Notes: generated by a model not told the origin, from the sequence alone. A DNA stretch of 63,982 nt, filler included, from Candidatus Hydrogenedentota bacterium (GCA_040752395.1; 10 parts of 10 records of this genome joined end to end with filler, not necessarily neighbours in it); one strand, 5' to 3'; shown: positions 41,529-52,361, counted from the whole stretch's first letter. Numbers and translations are program-made.

Positions 41529-42518
41529 TTATTTAATAATAACAAAGTCTTTAATAATATTAAATGTTTCGTCGTTCATTTCAGGCACAATCTTCAATTC
41601 TTCAATCATTTCGAAATCGCTTATATTTTCCCGGTACCACACAATACCTTCAGCAACGCTTGGCTCGAGCCCGAGTTTTGCTTGTAGTTCATCAGCCGAG
41701 GCAGTATTAACATTGACCTTTTCTCTTTTTTTAGGCTCTTTAATCACGGTTTTTACGGTTTCGGTTTTTGGTTGTAGTTTTATTTCTGGTTTTCCTGTAT
41801 AAAGTCCTGGTTTTATCTCTTTAATTTTATCTGATATTTCTCTTTCTTGGATCTCTGCTTTAGATTTCAATAGAATCTGCTTAAGTGTTTGAATCCCCTG
41901 GAATGCGAGGTCTTCACTCTGAACTCTTTCACCCCGTTTTGCGAGTTCCACAGCACGGCTATATATCAGCTCAACACTTTCAATCTCTTGTGATTTTTTT
42001 AATTGAACATCAGTTATACCATCGAGTCGTTCCCTTAATTCAATAAGATTAGGTCCTGCGGTAATCCTGATGGTTTCTTTTAGTGGTTCTATTTTTGTCT
42101 CTTTGATCTTTATTTCTATAATCTCTTTAAGCAGTTTACTCATCTTATCATCAGCTTCCTTATATACCTTACTATTAATTACTTCCTCAATTTGCGGGAG
42201 AGTTTTACTTAATTTTTGAGTAATTTCATTATCCGGATATTTTTGAAGTAAATATTTCTGCAAATCTTTTAATTGATTATATGTAGAATAACAAGATACC
42301 TCAGCTTCGCGTTCAGCCTGCTCTTCTCTTAATTTTTCGTTTTCTTTTTGCAGAAGCTGTTTTTCTGTCTCCAGTGTCTGAACACGTAAAAGCAGTTGAG
42401 AGATCTGTTCGGGTTCCTCTTCCTTTTCTTTTTTCAGATTCCAGCCTTTGAATTCACACCCACTTGATAGAGTTATAACTACAAAAAAAATCAGATTATA
42501 AAAAACAATTTTTCTCAT
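41529..42518 (-). CDS. Lipoprotein with coiled coil and C-terminal ComEA-like helix-hairpin-helix domain
   Basis: LSSGC lipobox; KVNVNTASADEL...AEGIVWYRE...F..IEEL..V. Confidence 0.75.
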   Translation of the reverse strand: MRKIVFYNLIFFVVITLSSGCEFKGWNLKKEKEEEPEQISQLLLRVQTLETEKQLLQKENEKLREEQAEREAEVSCYSTYNQLKDLQKYLLQKYPDNEITQKLSKTLPQIEEVINSKVYKEADDKMSKLLKEIIEIKIKETKIEPLKETIRITAGPNLIELRERLDGITDVQLKKSQEIESVELIYSRAVELAKRGERVQSEDLAFQGIQTLKQILLKSKAEIQEREISDKIKEIKPGLYTGKPEIKLQPKTETVKTVIKEPKKREKVNVNTASADELQAKLGLEPSVAEGIVWYRENISDFEMIEELKIVPEMNDETFNIIKDFVIIK

Positions 42519-43244
42519 CTATTCTTTCCTCCCGTGATATACTAATCTTGCTAAAAATATACCTAAAAGATACAGAAAAATCAAAGGAATGGCAAGAAAA
42601 ATTTGACTTATAATATCAGGCGGTGTGAGTACCGCAGCAATAATAAATATAAGAACAATAGCATAGCGAAATTTATTTAAAAGTTGTTTATAGGTAACAA
42701 CCCCCATTTTTGCTAAAAAAAATAATACCCATGGTAATTCAAACCCCAATCCGAAGGCAAGAAAGAGCTTTAAACTGAAATCCGTATAAAATTTGTATGA
42801 CCAGTTTGGTACAAGAAAATTTCTATGCTCTTTTAGAAAAAAATTAATAACAAAAGGAAGAACGTATTTAAATGAGAAGATTACACCTGTATAGAACATT
42901 ACAATCATACCGATCAAACAAGGTAAAACAACTTTCTTCTCGCGTTTATATAATCCAGCTGCTATAAACTGCCATATTTCATAAAGCCAGTGCGGACAGG
43001 ATATAATCAATGCGGTGTAAAGACAAATTTTAAAATTATATAAAAATGCTTCTGCAGGCGATAATGATACTAAGTTCAAGCCAAATGTTGTAAGCGGATA
43101 AAATATTATTTTTAACAATTGTTCTCTAAAAAAAGAATATAAAAGAATAAAAACTATTAACAAAACAACGAGTATTTTTAAAATTCGTGTCCGTAATTCC
43201 TCGAGATGTCCAAGAAATGACATCTCTTTTAGTTCCTGATTCAT
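42519..43244 (-). CDS. tatC: Twin-arginine translocase TatC
   Basis: MSFLGHLEELR, GLYKREK, FELP, AAVLTPPD. Confidence 0.96.
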   Translation of the reverse strand: MNQELKEMSFLGHLEELRTRILKILVVLLIVFILLYSFFREQLLKIIFYPLTTFGLNLVSLSPAEAFLYNFKICLYTALIISCPHWLYEIWQFIAAGLYKREKKVVLPCLIGMIVMFYTGVIFSFKYVLPFVINFFLKEHRNFLVPNWSYKFYTDFSLKLFLAFGLGFELPWVLFFLAKMGVVTYKQLLNKFRYAIVLIFIIAAVLTPPDIISQIFLAIPLIFLYLLGIFLARLVYHGRKE

Positions 43245-43250
43245 TATTAA

Positions 43251-44444
43251 TTATACGAATTTTCCTACGGTTTCAGCTATTCTTGATACCCCTTTCTCAA
43301 TCTGCTCCATAGATAATGCATACGATAATCTAATAAAATTATCGTCACCAAACGGTTCCCCGGGAACAACAGCAGAAAGCGCATCAGTAAGAAAGACCTC
43401 AGCTATATCATACGAATTTTTTATTACTTTATCTTTATATCTTTTACCATATAAACGAGAAACATCCGGGAATACATAGAAAGCACCCTTCGGCATATTA
43501 CAGGAGATGCCATCAATAGAATTCAGCATCTCAACAATACGCTTCCTCCTTTTATCAAATGCTTCTCTCATTTTAATAACCTCATCTTCAGGAGCTGAAA
43601 AAGCAGCGAGCGATGCGTATTGAGTAATAGAATTAGGATTAGAGGTTGATTGGTCCTGGAGTTCTATAACTTTTTTCATTATTTCAAGCGGCCCGGCAGC
43701 ATACCCCATCCTCCATCCTGTCATTGAATGACTTTTAGATAGACCATTAACCGTAATAGTCAATCTTTTAATCTCTTCAGAAAAAGTCCCGATACTATAA
43801 TGTTTTTCGTTGTCATAAATAAGTTTTTCATAAACCTCATCTGAGATAACAACAATGTCGTTTTCACAAGCAACTTTTGCTACTATTTCAAGTGATGTTT
43901 TATTAAGAACAGCGCCTGTGGGATTACAGGGACTATTTAAAATTATGCCCCTTGTTTTAGGGGTTATTAGTTTTCTTAATTCTTTTTCTTCAATCTGAAA
44001 ATCATTTTCTGCACTTGTCCTGAGATATACAGGCGTAGCACCGGAAATCTCAACCTGCGCAGGATAAGTTACCCAATATGGCAGCGGGATAATAACTTCA
44101 TCACCATAATCAAATAGAACAAGTATTACATTAAAAAGCGAATGTTTGGCTCCGCAGGATACAACAACCTGTTCAGGTTTATATTCAAGCCCATTATCTT
44201 TTAATAATTTTTTACATATAGCTTGTTTTAGTTCCGGGATACCTGAAGAAGGTGTATATTTAGTTTTTCCTTCCTTTAATGCTTTATTAGCAGCTTCTTT
44301 AATAAACTCCGGGGTATCAAAATCAGGTTCACCCGCACCAAATCCTACGACATCTACGCCTCTGGCTTTTAGTTCTTTAGCTTTAGCTGTGATAGCAAGT
44401 GTTGCAGACGGCTTTAATACATCTGTTCTCTTTGAAAGCTTCAT
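43251..44444 (-). CDS. aspC: PLP-dependent aspartate aminotransferase, class I
   Basis: GEPDF, NSPCNPTG, SDEVY, SKSHSMTGWRMGY, GAFY. Confidence 0.9.
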   Translation of the reverse strand: MKLSKRTDVLKPSATLAITAKAKELKARGVDVVGFGAGEPDFDTPEFIKEAANKALKEGKTKYTPSSGIPELKQAICKKLLKDNGLEYKPEQVVVSCGAKHSLFNVILVLFDYGDEVIIPLPYWVTYPAQVEISGATPVYLRTSAENDFQIEEKELRKLITPKTRGIILNSPCNPTGAVLNKTSLEIVAKVACENDIVVISDEVYEKLIYDNEKHYSIGTFSEEIKRLTITVNGLSKSHSMTGWRMGYAAGPLEIMKKVIELQDQSTSNPNSITQYASLAAFSAPEDEVIKMREAFDKRRKRIVEMLNSIDGISCNMPKGAFYVFPDVSRLYGKRYKDKVIKNSYDIAEVFLTDALSAVVPGEPFGDDNFIRLSYALSMEQIEKGVSRIAETVGKFV

Positions 44445-44450
44445 TAGTAC

Positions 44451-44563
44451 CTCCTCTGAAAAACATTGTAACTATAATAATATCAAGTAGAAGCAAGAAA
44501 TAACGGCATCCTGTATCTTGCCTCTTGCTTCTTTCGTTATCTTGCTTCTACATATCATCTCCT
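44451..44563 (-). repeat. Compact RBS-ending repeat bounded by AGGAG direct repeats
   Basis: AGGAG at 44559-44563 and 44451-44455; internal TAGAAGCAAGA/TCTTGCTTCTA inverted repeat. Confidence 0.9.
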
Positions 44564-44575
44564 ATAATGATTTAT

Positions 44576-44752
44576 CTACATTTTTTTATTATCTTCTTTT
44601 TCTGTTTGGTTTTTATCTTCTTTTAAGCCCTTTTTAAACTCAGTAATACTTCGGCCAATCTGGCGCATAAGATCAGGTATGCGTTTAGCGCCAAATAATA
44701 ATATAACAATCACTATAATCAGTAAAACTTCATCAAAACGAATATTACCCAT
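44576..44752 (-). CDS. tatA: TatA/TatE family subunit (58 aa, below ORF-track cutoff)
   Basis: My translation MGNIRFDEVLLIIVIVILLFGAKRIPDLMRQIGRSITEFKKG; GGAG RBS. Confidence 0.9.
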   Translation of the reverse strand: MGNIRFDEVLLIIVIVILLFGAKRIPDLMRQIGRSITEFKKGLKEDKNQTEKEDNKKM

Positions 44753-44948
44753 AATTCTCCGAGTCCTTCTTTATTTCTTCTTCAAATTCAGAAGCCTCAA
44801 TCTCGTCCTGAAACTCGCGTGCACCTCGTTGAAATTCTTTTAATCCTTTGCCTAAGGAACGTGCCAATTCAGGTAATTTTTTAGGGCCTATAAATATAAG
44901 CGCTACAATAAATATGACAATAATCTCTCCAAAATTAAGGTTAAACAT
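44745..44948 (-). CDS. TatA/TatB family subunit
   Basis: GEIIVIFIVALIFIGPKKLPELARSLGK. Confidence 0.9.
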   Translation of the reverse strand: MFNLNFGEIIVIFIVALIFIGPKKLPELARSLGKGLKEFQRGAREFQDEIEASEFEEEIKKDSENYG

Positions 44949-45330
44949 TTTCTTCTTCCTCTCTGGAAGAATAAAATCTTATATATGTCTGTAGATTCAA
45001 TTCATCCAAGTCAGAAATCTGTATAAATCTCACAGCTATAAAATAATCTTTAGTAGGGTCTTTTCTGCTTTTTTCGACCCTTAATATTTTGCAGGTAATA
45101 TCTGAAAACTCTACACCTTCTATCTGAAACATAACTTTAAATGCATCTCTCATAAGCATCTGCAAAGTAGCACAATTCAAGACAGGGTCGCTTGACCGAA
45201 GCCCCATACCATGAACACTCAAGCCAACAGCAACCCCTTCAAAACTGAATTGTTCCTGATGAACGGCAGTCAACCTGACAAGAACTTCCCTTTTTAATCG
45301 TTCAGCTGATCTTATACCGGGCTCTTCCAT
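44941..45330 (-). CDS. PilZ-like domain protein
   Basis: RSAER (RxxxR), LSVHG, C-terminal ILRVE...AVRF. Confidence 0.7.
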   Translation of the reverse strand: MEEPGIRSAERLKREVLVRLTAVHQEQFSFEGVAVGLSVHGMGLRSSDPVLNCATLQMLMRDAFKVMFQIEGVEFSDITCKILRVEKSRKDPTKDYFIAVRFIQISDLDELNLQTYIRFYSSREEEENV

Positions 45331-45335
45331 TGTAT

Positions 45336-45528
45336 CTCCTCTGAAAAACGCTGTAACTCTAATAATTCGGGCTACAGACTACGGGCTACGGACTACAGCC
45401 GGCTGGAGCCTGAAGCCCGGAGCCTGAAGCCAACATATCATCTTTAGTTTTTCATATATTGTGTAGAGCGCAAACCGCGCTCATGACGACTCCTATGAAA
45501 AAAAGCAAGAGATGAAGAAGCAAGACTT
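45336..45528 (-). repeat. 154-bp unit of the RBS-ending repeat plus an upstream module
   Basis: AGGAG at 45490-45494 and 45336-45340; near-identical to 59278-59436 and 1-132. Confidence 0.92.
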
Positions 45529-45601
45529 GTCTAATAGAATCTTCTATAGCATAAATTGTCAAGATTTATTTTGACATAGTTAATAGTTAATGGATTAAAT
45601 A

Positions 45602-46072
45602 TTGTATATGAAAGCAGAGATATTTATTCTTTGTATTGGAAAATGTAAAAAATCTGAATATAATCCTGTTATTGAGATGTATCTAAACAGGATAAACAGA
45701 TTCATAAAAATAACTCAGTTTGAAATCCCTGCTATGAATTATAAAGATATTAATCAGACTATAAAAAAAGAATCTGAGATGCTTATTGAAAAATCGAAAG
45801 ATATGTTCAGAATACTTTTAGATAGTAACGGCAAAAAAATTGATACCGAATCTTTTGTAAGAATACTTAATAAAATATTTTTTACAGGGTCGAAACGGGT
45901 CTGTTTTATTATTGGCGGGCCATACGGGGTCTCTGATTATTTAAAAAGTCTTGTGGATTTAACTATATCTTTATCCTGTTTAAATCTCCCATATCTTCTC
46001 GCAAGAACTATTCTATTTGAACAAATCTACAGGTCTTTAACAATTATTAAAAACGTACCGTACCAGCATTAG
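45602..46072 (+). CDS. rlmH: 23S rRNA pseudouridine-1915 N3-methyltransferase
   Basis: IGK, FIIGGPYG, ISLS, L.EQIYR..TI....PY. Confidence 0.9.
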   Translation: MYMKAEIFILCIGKCKKSEYNPVIEMYLNRINRFIKITQFEIPAMNYKDINQTIKKESEMLIEKSKDMFRILLDSNGKKIDTESFVRILNKIFFTGSKRVCFIIGGPYGVSDYLKSLVDLTISLSCLNLPYLLARTILFEQIYRSLTIIKNVPYQH

Positions 46073-46281
46073 GTAGTGTCAACCCACGGTTATGAGGTCT
46101 CTTTTAAAACCTCATTTTTTAAAGACGGGTCTTGTGACCCTCTTTACATTATATTGAAATTACAAAAAATAAAAAATGTAGNNNNNNNNNNNNNNNNNNN
46201 NNNNNNNNNNNNNNNNNNNNNNNNNTTAATTAATTAANNNNNNNNNNNNNNNNNNNNNNNNNNNNNNNNNNNNNNNNNNNN

Positions 46282-48451
46282 CTTCGATATTATAGCCAAA
46301 ATTCGTTCCATCGCTGTCAACAAGTTTTATCTCGATACGGTTTTTCTCACCTTGCATAGCAACCTTAAGTTTGATTGAAGTATATTCTTTCAGGTTCAGG
46401 TTTTTATCCTGCCATACCTGTACCCAGAACCCTGTGCCGAGGTCGTAATCCATCTCAAAACCATCTTTTATTTTATTTATTTTTAAAGATGAGCCATTAT
46501 CAGTAGATATTTGCAATGAATTTGGCTCTAACTCTAATTGTTCACTTAGCTTCTGGGCAACGATATCTTTAATAGTTTCCTGTTTTAGATAAATCGTTGC
46601 AAGTTTAGCAGGCGTACCTTTGAAATGCCAGTTAAGTTTGCCTTCAGTATTGCTGTCTAAATCATGTACTGCTATGCTTAAACCGAATTTATCTTTATTC
46701 TGTAGCTTAAAATTAGCGAATGGCAGTTCAACTTCTAAAATGTAGCCATCACTTAATTCTTTTATAATGTAATTTAGTTTTGATGATGGGTCTTCGTTTT
46801 GGAACCAGGCGTATGGTGTTTTTGATGGAGAAAACCCAAGTTGATATTCATTAGGATCTCCCCAAACAAGTCCATCAGCGTCAGGGTCGATGTATATCTC
46901 TACACAATCATTAGTATAAATCTCTTGAGCAGTAGCAGGTGCAAGAAGTTCGTCATCATAGACTCTTAAACCCACATAAAAAGAAGCATTGCTTTTTTTG
47001 AGATATACGTCACAAGAAAGGTCATTATCGTTCTCGATATCTCCTTGTTCAATACTATTCTCTGAAGATAAAAATAAGGTTTTTTGACCCTCAAGTGTAC
47101 CGTCAATACTGATTACTTCTTCTCTGTCAATAGTCACAGAAGCTGGTAATTTCATTTTGAATACCTGGTTTCTGTATTGTTTTGCTATAGCTTTCTTATC
47201 CTGTCTTGAGAGGTCGGTTAGATACTGCTCGAATTCTTTTATCTCGTCCATTGATGGGTTAAGTTCATTGATTCGTTTATAACCATTTTGTGAAATCGGG
47301 TCTTTTTTAAATGTTTTGATAACATATTTATCGTCCAGGAAATTAACAAGTGATAAAAATATCATCATCTGGTCAAGACAGAGGAAGTCCTCACTAACCT
47401 TACCTGATGTCATATTAACTGCATCGCGGAACCCGAACCGCCTAATTTTACCTTCATTAACAACTGATTTTCTTATTCCAAGTGCTTCGAGATTTTTTAG
47501 ATTTTCTATACATTCTTTTGGGAAAAATCTTACAGGTAAAATAGCAGCATGCGGGGTTATAACTTCATCTTTAATTCCGCCCCAGCCAAGATAACCGCCA
47601 TCAGGGTCTACTGATGCGGACCAGCCCCAGACATCATATCCGATAACTTCTGCGTGAATCATCTGAGCATAAGCAAAATTAACAGCGGATTTACCGATAT
47701 TAGTTCCCCACTCATCAAGGAAGATACCCGGGAGGTACTGCATAAATAAACCACCGCTCGTCCAGCTCGGTAAATAATATTCTACCCCATACTTTTTCTC
47801 TCTACCTCTTTTTAAATTATCCCAGTAATCAGACGGAACGATACCTAATGCGGTAACAAAAAATAAAGCGAGTAAGCTGTCAGAAGCAAGATATTCGTAA
47901 TACCAGTTTCCGTATTCATTCTTCTTTGTGTTATAACCTCCGTAGAGTGCATTCTTCTTGTTATCAAAGAGCGATTCCCATCTCATTTCATTTATATGTC
48001 TCGTAATACGGTCATAAAGTTCAGGGAACTCGCCTCTTGCAACAAGTAACCCCGCGTAATAATTGCCTAAATCTACTGTTGAGACAAAGGCTTCATCGTG
48101 TATCTTAAAAGTTCGGGTATGGTTCCAGGAATGCGGAAACCCGTTCCATTTTTGAAATTGCTCTATACAATCAAACACCTTAGAAATTCTGTTTATCGCA
48201 TTCTCCCTTGTTATATATTTCATATCCGAAGCTGACGCAACTGAGGCTAAATATAAACCGATATTTGTAACTGAGGTATAGGCATCAAGGGATAAACTGT
48301 TATCAATCGGCAGGCCTGATTCTGTGACATAAAACGATATGCCGTTCCATGTTTCTTTACAGAGCGTGGCTAAATATTCTCTGTCAATCTCATCTGCTTT
48401 AAAAGACACATTAAAAAGAAAGAACAAAAAGATAATAAAAAGATATCTCAT
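46282..48451 (-). CDS. Secreted glucoamylase-family (GH144-like) hydrolase with CBM9-like domain, 3' truncated
   Basis: YTSVTNIGLY, VSTVDLGN, SWTSGGLFMQYLP, WGWSAS, VITPHA, FGFRDA, LDQ; DCVEIYID...YILEVELPF; start revised to MRYLFII. Confidence 0.75.
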
Positions 48452-48460
48452 TTTATAATC

Positions 48461-48503
48461 CTCCTCTGAAAAACATTTAGAAGCAAGATGCAAGAAGCAA
48501 GAC
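48461..48503 (-). repeat. Short copy of the RBS-ending repeat overlapping the upstream stop codon
   Basis: TCTTGCT heptamers then ATGTTTTTCAGAGGAGG. Confidence 0.8.
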
Positions 48504-50522
48504 AGTTCCGTCTTTGGCTGGAACATAAACTGTGAGTTCTCCGGATTCTGTAATTTCAAGTTTTTCATCAGTCATTAAATTTACAGCTTGTTTCGTATTT
48601 TTTAGAATCTCTTTATGTAGCATAATCTTTACAAATTTATTTTCAAGATTATTGTTTGTTACAATTAAAAAATATTTTTTATCACGTGATAAAATTGATG
48701 TGATTACGGCTTTGATAAGGCTTCTTGAATATATCTTGATTCCAAGATATCTATGTATTGCTACGATTAAGGAAGGAGATGGGATAACACCAAGCACGAT
48801 TATCCTGCCGTTACCCTTCTTCTCTATATAACCAATAACATTCTTTTTACCCTCTATTAATTTTTCAAATGATATATCTTCTTCAAGACTGCAGGATGAA
48901 GAAAGAGTATATTCAGCTATGATGGGGATACCAGGAACTTTATTATAGACAAAAAGCGGAGAATCTATTTTAACCTTTTCATTACCAAGTTCAATAACAC
49001 ACTCGTGCGGTTCCAGAATTTTATCAAGCTCTTTAATATTGAGGATATTCAGAGGGTTAAAATATTCATCCTGTCGTGGAAAGTTCTGAAAGATAACAAG
49101 GTTACCGCCACTTTCAACGTACTTAAGTAAAGCCTTTTGACCTTGTTCTGAGAGGTATTGTTCATTTGCATAAAAGAGAAGTTTTTTGCTTATTTTACCT
49201 GTAGAAACATCAAAGAATTCATAATTAATATCAGCATCATATAACGCATTATAAACAAGGTTTTTAACAAAATAGTCAGGGAACGAGGCGGTCTGTAACA
49301 TATCATAAGAGGCCGCTGTCTCAGTTAATTTTTCGCAATCTGTGGGTTTTATCTGATTAAATAGACTTACTATCTTTTGGAACACAGGATACAATTCCAG
49401 CCGTTTCCGACCCCATTCATTTATCGGACACATATACCAGTTGTCACGGTTAACTATCATATACCAGTTCCAGCCAGCTGCACCTGCTTGCAAAAGACTG
49501 AAACATACAAGTCTGTAGTGATTAGGGGTTAAAATACCGAGATTATAATGAGCCCCCTGCCAGATACCTGATTCCAGTTCTGCGATATAGGGGATTGTAG
49601 AAAAAGTATAAACATATCGAACCATATCTAAATAATATCTATGCTCTGTTTCTTGGGATCTGAACTCGTTTACAGGATATATGTCTATACCAACGATATC
49701 AGCTATATTTTGGAATTCCGCAAGGTGCTGGATTTCTACAGAGGGGTAAGCGTTTAAATAGATAGGGACGTTGATTCTATTTTTTCTATACTCAGAAACC
49801 ATCCATTTTGCATTTTCGATTCCATACCAGTGTCGGAACTCACAGAAATCAATATATCTGCGTTTATATGAGAGATCATCAATGATATTCTTGGTAATGG
49901 GCTTTACCTCATCGAAATTTTTATAATTTGTTCTGCAGCACCTGTTAAGATTATCAATGCTCTTATATTTTACTTTTAAGAATTTTTGGAACACACCTTT
50001 TTTATTAAGAAAACCCATATCTTCTTCGTAATACCGAGACCATACGTCTATCTCGTTATCAGCCTGCACCAGGATTATATTGCCTTTATTTGTAGCGAGA
50101 TAAGGCTTTATGGCCTTACATAAGTTTTTGATATACCATTTTGATTTTTTTAAAAATTCAGGATAGTTACGGTGATATTTTATTAGATACAAAGGCACAC
50201 CTTTATTTACCCATTCGGTATATAGATAGGGTCCTGCTCTTATAATTAACCAGATGTTTTTTTGTTTTAGTAGTTTGATAAATTTAAGGAGGTTGCGTTG
50301 AGGAGCGGTTTTACCTTCAAAATCAAGTTTATCTTTTGCGTACTCATGATATTCCCATGGTACATAACTTGCTATAATATTTAACCCCAATTCCTTAACT
50401 CTATCAACTATTTTCTCCCAGCAATCAGGATTTAATCTCCAGTAATGAACCTCACCACTTAAAAGTGGTAGTTCTTTTTTATTTAGAATCAATTTTCTGT
50501 TTTTGATTTTTATTTTATTCAT
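48477..50522 (-). CDS. Beta-galactosidase-like glycoside hydrolase (GH35/GH42-like)
   Basis: SGEVHYWR, GLN....YVPW..HE, IIRAGPY...EW..GVP, QADNE. Confidence 0.82.
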   Translation of the reverse strand: MNKIKIKNRKLILNKKELPLLSGEVHYWRLNPDCWEKIVDRVKELGLNIIASYVPWEYHEYAKDKLDFEGKTAPQRNLLKFIKLLKQKNIWLIIRAGPYLYTEWVNKGVPLYLIKYHRNYPEFLKKSKWYIKNLCKAIKPYLATNKGNIILVQADNEIDVWSRYYEEDMGFLNKKGVFQKFLKVKYKSIDNLNRCCRTNYKNFDEVKPITKNIIDDLSYKRRYIDFCEFRHWYGIENAKWMVSEYRKNRINVPIYLNAYPSVEIQHLAEFQNIADIVGIDIYPVNEFRSQETEHRYYLDMVRYVYTFSTIPYIAELESGIWQGAHYNLGILTPNHYRLVCFSLLQAGAAGWNWYMIVNRDNWYMCPINEWGRKRLELYPVFQKIVSLFNQIKPTDCEKLTETAASYDMLQTASFPDYFVKNLVYNALYDADINYEFFDVSTGKISKKLLFYANEQYLSEQGQKALLKYVESGGNLVIFQNFPRQDEYFNPLNILNIKELDKILEPHECVIELGNEKVKIDSPLFVYNKVPGIPIIAEYTLSSSCSLEEDISFEKLIEGKKNVIGYIEKKGNGRIIVLGVIPSPSLIVAIHRYLGIKIYSRSLIKAVITSILSRDKKYFLIVTNNNLENKFVKIMLHKEILKNTKQAVNLMTDEKLEITESGELTVYVPAKDGTVLLLASCF

Positions 50523-50528
50523 ATAGAA

Positions 50529-50564
50529 CTCCTCTGAAAAACATTGTAACTCTAATAATTCGGG
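50529..50564 (-). repeat. Minimal 36-bp terminal module of the RBS-ending repeat
   Basis: CCCGAATTATTAGAGTTACAATGTTTTTCAGAGGAG between a stop codon and a 6-nt spacer plus ATG. Confidence 0.88.
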
Positions 50565-51265
50565 TTATCTTACAATATTAACATCTTTAATCGTTGCTGT
50601 CATATAATAAACATCTTCCCAGGCTTTTTCTTTTGAGATAAAAGCAGCTAATATTCTGCATTTCTCTGCTTGTATGTTTAAGGGGATATCGAGAGTAAAG
50701 ATTTGTTTTCCGTTAGATTCAAAAGAAAAAATGTCTTTAGTAAAACATATGCCAGGTTTTATGTCCCAGTTTTCAAGCTGTAGCAATAATTTATAATCCG
50801 ATTGAGATGGTGCATTATTCCACTTGACTTCAACCCCAATTTTGCTGCCTGCTTTTATTTTTTTAGGATAGTTCAGTATCAGGAGTATAGGTTTTATAGA
50901 CCTATCTTTTTCGATCTCGGTTTTGTATGATTGAGTTTGGCTAGTCTGTCCAAAAAGATACGTTTCCCAGAGAGAATTACCCCATTCTGTTTTACGCTTT
51001 TTAAAGTTTATTTTGAGATATTGACATTCTACTGAATCGAAAATATAGTCTTCTTTACCGCCTTTACCATCATTGGTTGCAAATATTTCTTTCCAGTTTA
51101 AATTGTCAGTTGATACAGCAAAGTTATAAGATTTAGCAAACGCTGTTTCCCATAAAAGCACAACTCTTTTTAATTCTATTAATTTGCCAAAATCAAAGGT
51201 TAAGGATTGAATATCAGAGTGGTCACTTGCCCATCTTGTAGTTTCGTTTCCATCGATTAAAAATA
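50565..51265 (-). CDS. F5/8 type C (discoidin/CBM32) domain protein, 5' truncated
   Basis: Frame open to the gap: IDGNETTRWAS...FDFG...LLWETAFAKSY...WGNSLWE. Confidence 0.8.
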
Positions 51266-51392
51266 NNNNNNNNNNNNNNNNNNNNNNNNNNNNNNNNNNN
51301 NNNNNNNNNTTAATTAATTAANNNNNNNNNNNNNNNNNNNNNNNNNNNNNNNNNNNNNNNNNNNNAAGCTAAGGAGCAAGAAACAAAAAGAA

Positions 51393-52361
51393 TTATATTC
51401 TCAAATTTTTTAATACTTTTGGCTCATATTTATCCTGTATCTCCTTAATTATTTCACCATCAAGCACCCTCCTTAATTTTTTATACATCTCGGCTCTATT
51501 TTTGTTTTGCAAAAAATAGAAGATTAAAGATTTTACATAAGTTTCAAGATAGATAATAAATTTAAATATATTGTATTTTATCTTTCCAAAATATTTTTTA
51601 ACATAGATGAGTTCACTCAATCTTATATGTAAAAGTATCTCATCAGATACTTTACTTACAGATTTAGACCAGTGATGAATAATCTTCGTTTCGCTTGTAT
51701 AAAATATTTTCCAGCCCGATTCTATCAGTCTTCTCTGAAATTCCATTTCTTCAAAATAAAGAAAAAAATCAGGATCAAATCCTGATACCGAATTAAATGC
51801 CTCTCGTCTTATCATCATACAGGAACCACCTATCCATCCTACATATCTATCAGTCGAATATCTGTTATTTACATATTGTCTTAGAATTTTTGAGTTCTCA
51901 ATTTTGATTATTAAACTCTGGATATAAAACAATTTTTCCAGGATAAGATCAAAATAGTTTAAGAATCTCAATGAATAATTAGGCTGCTGGGTTTTATCTG
52001 GGTTAAGATATCTGCAACTAACAAGTCCTATGCTACCATCAGATTTAATTTTAGCCAGCAATACCGATAGAGTATTTCTTTCTAATACTACATCGCTATT
52101 TAATACAAGCACAAATTCCGAATCTGTTATCTCAAATATTTTATTAATCGCTTTTGCATATCCTATATTTTGGGGGCTATGATAGAATTCCGTTTCTTTA
52201 TAAAGTCTTTTAAATCTGTCTCGATTATCAGTCTCACTATTATCCCAGACAATGTTTCTTCCTGTAAAACCAGTTTCTTTTATACTATTTAAACAATCTA
52301 TCAATTCTTCGCCGGGATTATATGTAACAATTCCTATGGCAACTTCGTTTATTTTATTCAT
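51393..52361 (-). CDS. Glycosyltransferase family 2 (WbbL-like)
   Basis: [34 protein letters not shown]. Confidence 0.9.
   Translation of the reverse strand: MNKINEVAIGIVTYNPGEELIDCLNSIKETGFTGRNIVWDNSETDNRDRFKRLYKETEFYHSPQNIGYAKAINKIFEITDSEFVLVLNSDVVLERNTLSVLLAKIKSDGSIGLVSCRYLNPDKTQQPNYSLRFLNYFDLILEKLFYIQSLIIKIENSKILRQYVNNRYSTDRYVGWIGGSCMMIRREAFNSVSGFDPDFFLYFEEMEFQRRLIESGWKIFYTSETKIIHHWSKSVSKVSDEILLHIRLSELIYVKKYFGKIKYNIFKFIIYLETYVKSLIFYFLQNKNRAEMYKKLRRVLDGEIIKEIQDKYEPKVLKNLRI

Noticed and set aside
20504-51265. One large polysaccharide-utilisation locus
   Set aside because: The CBM48, barrel and hydrolase genes are on three different contigs.
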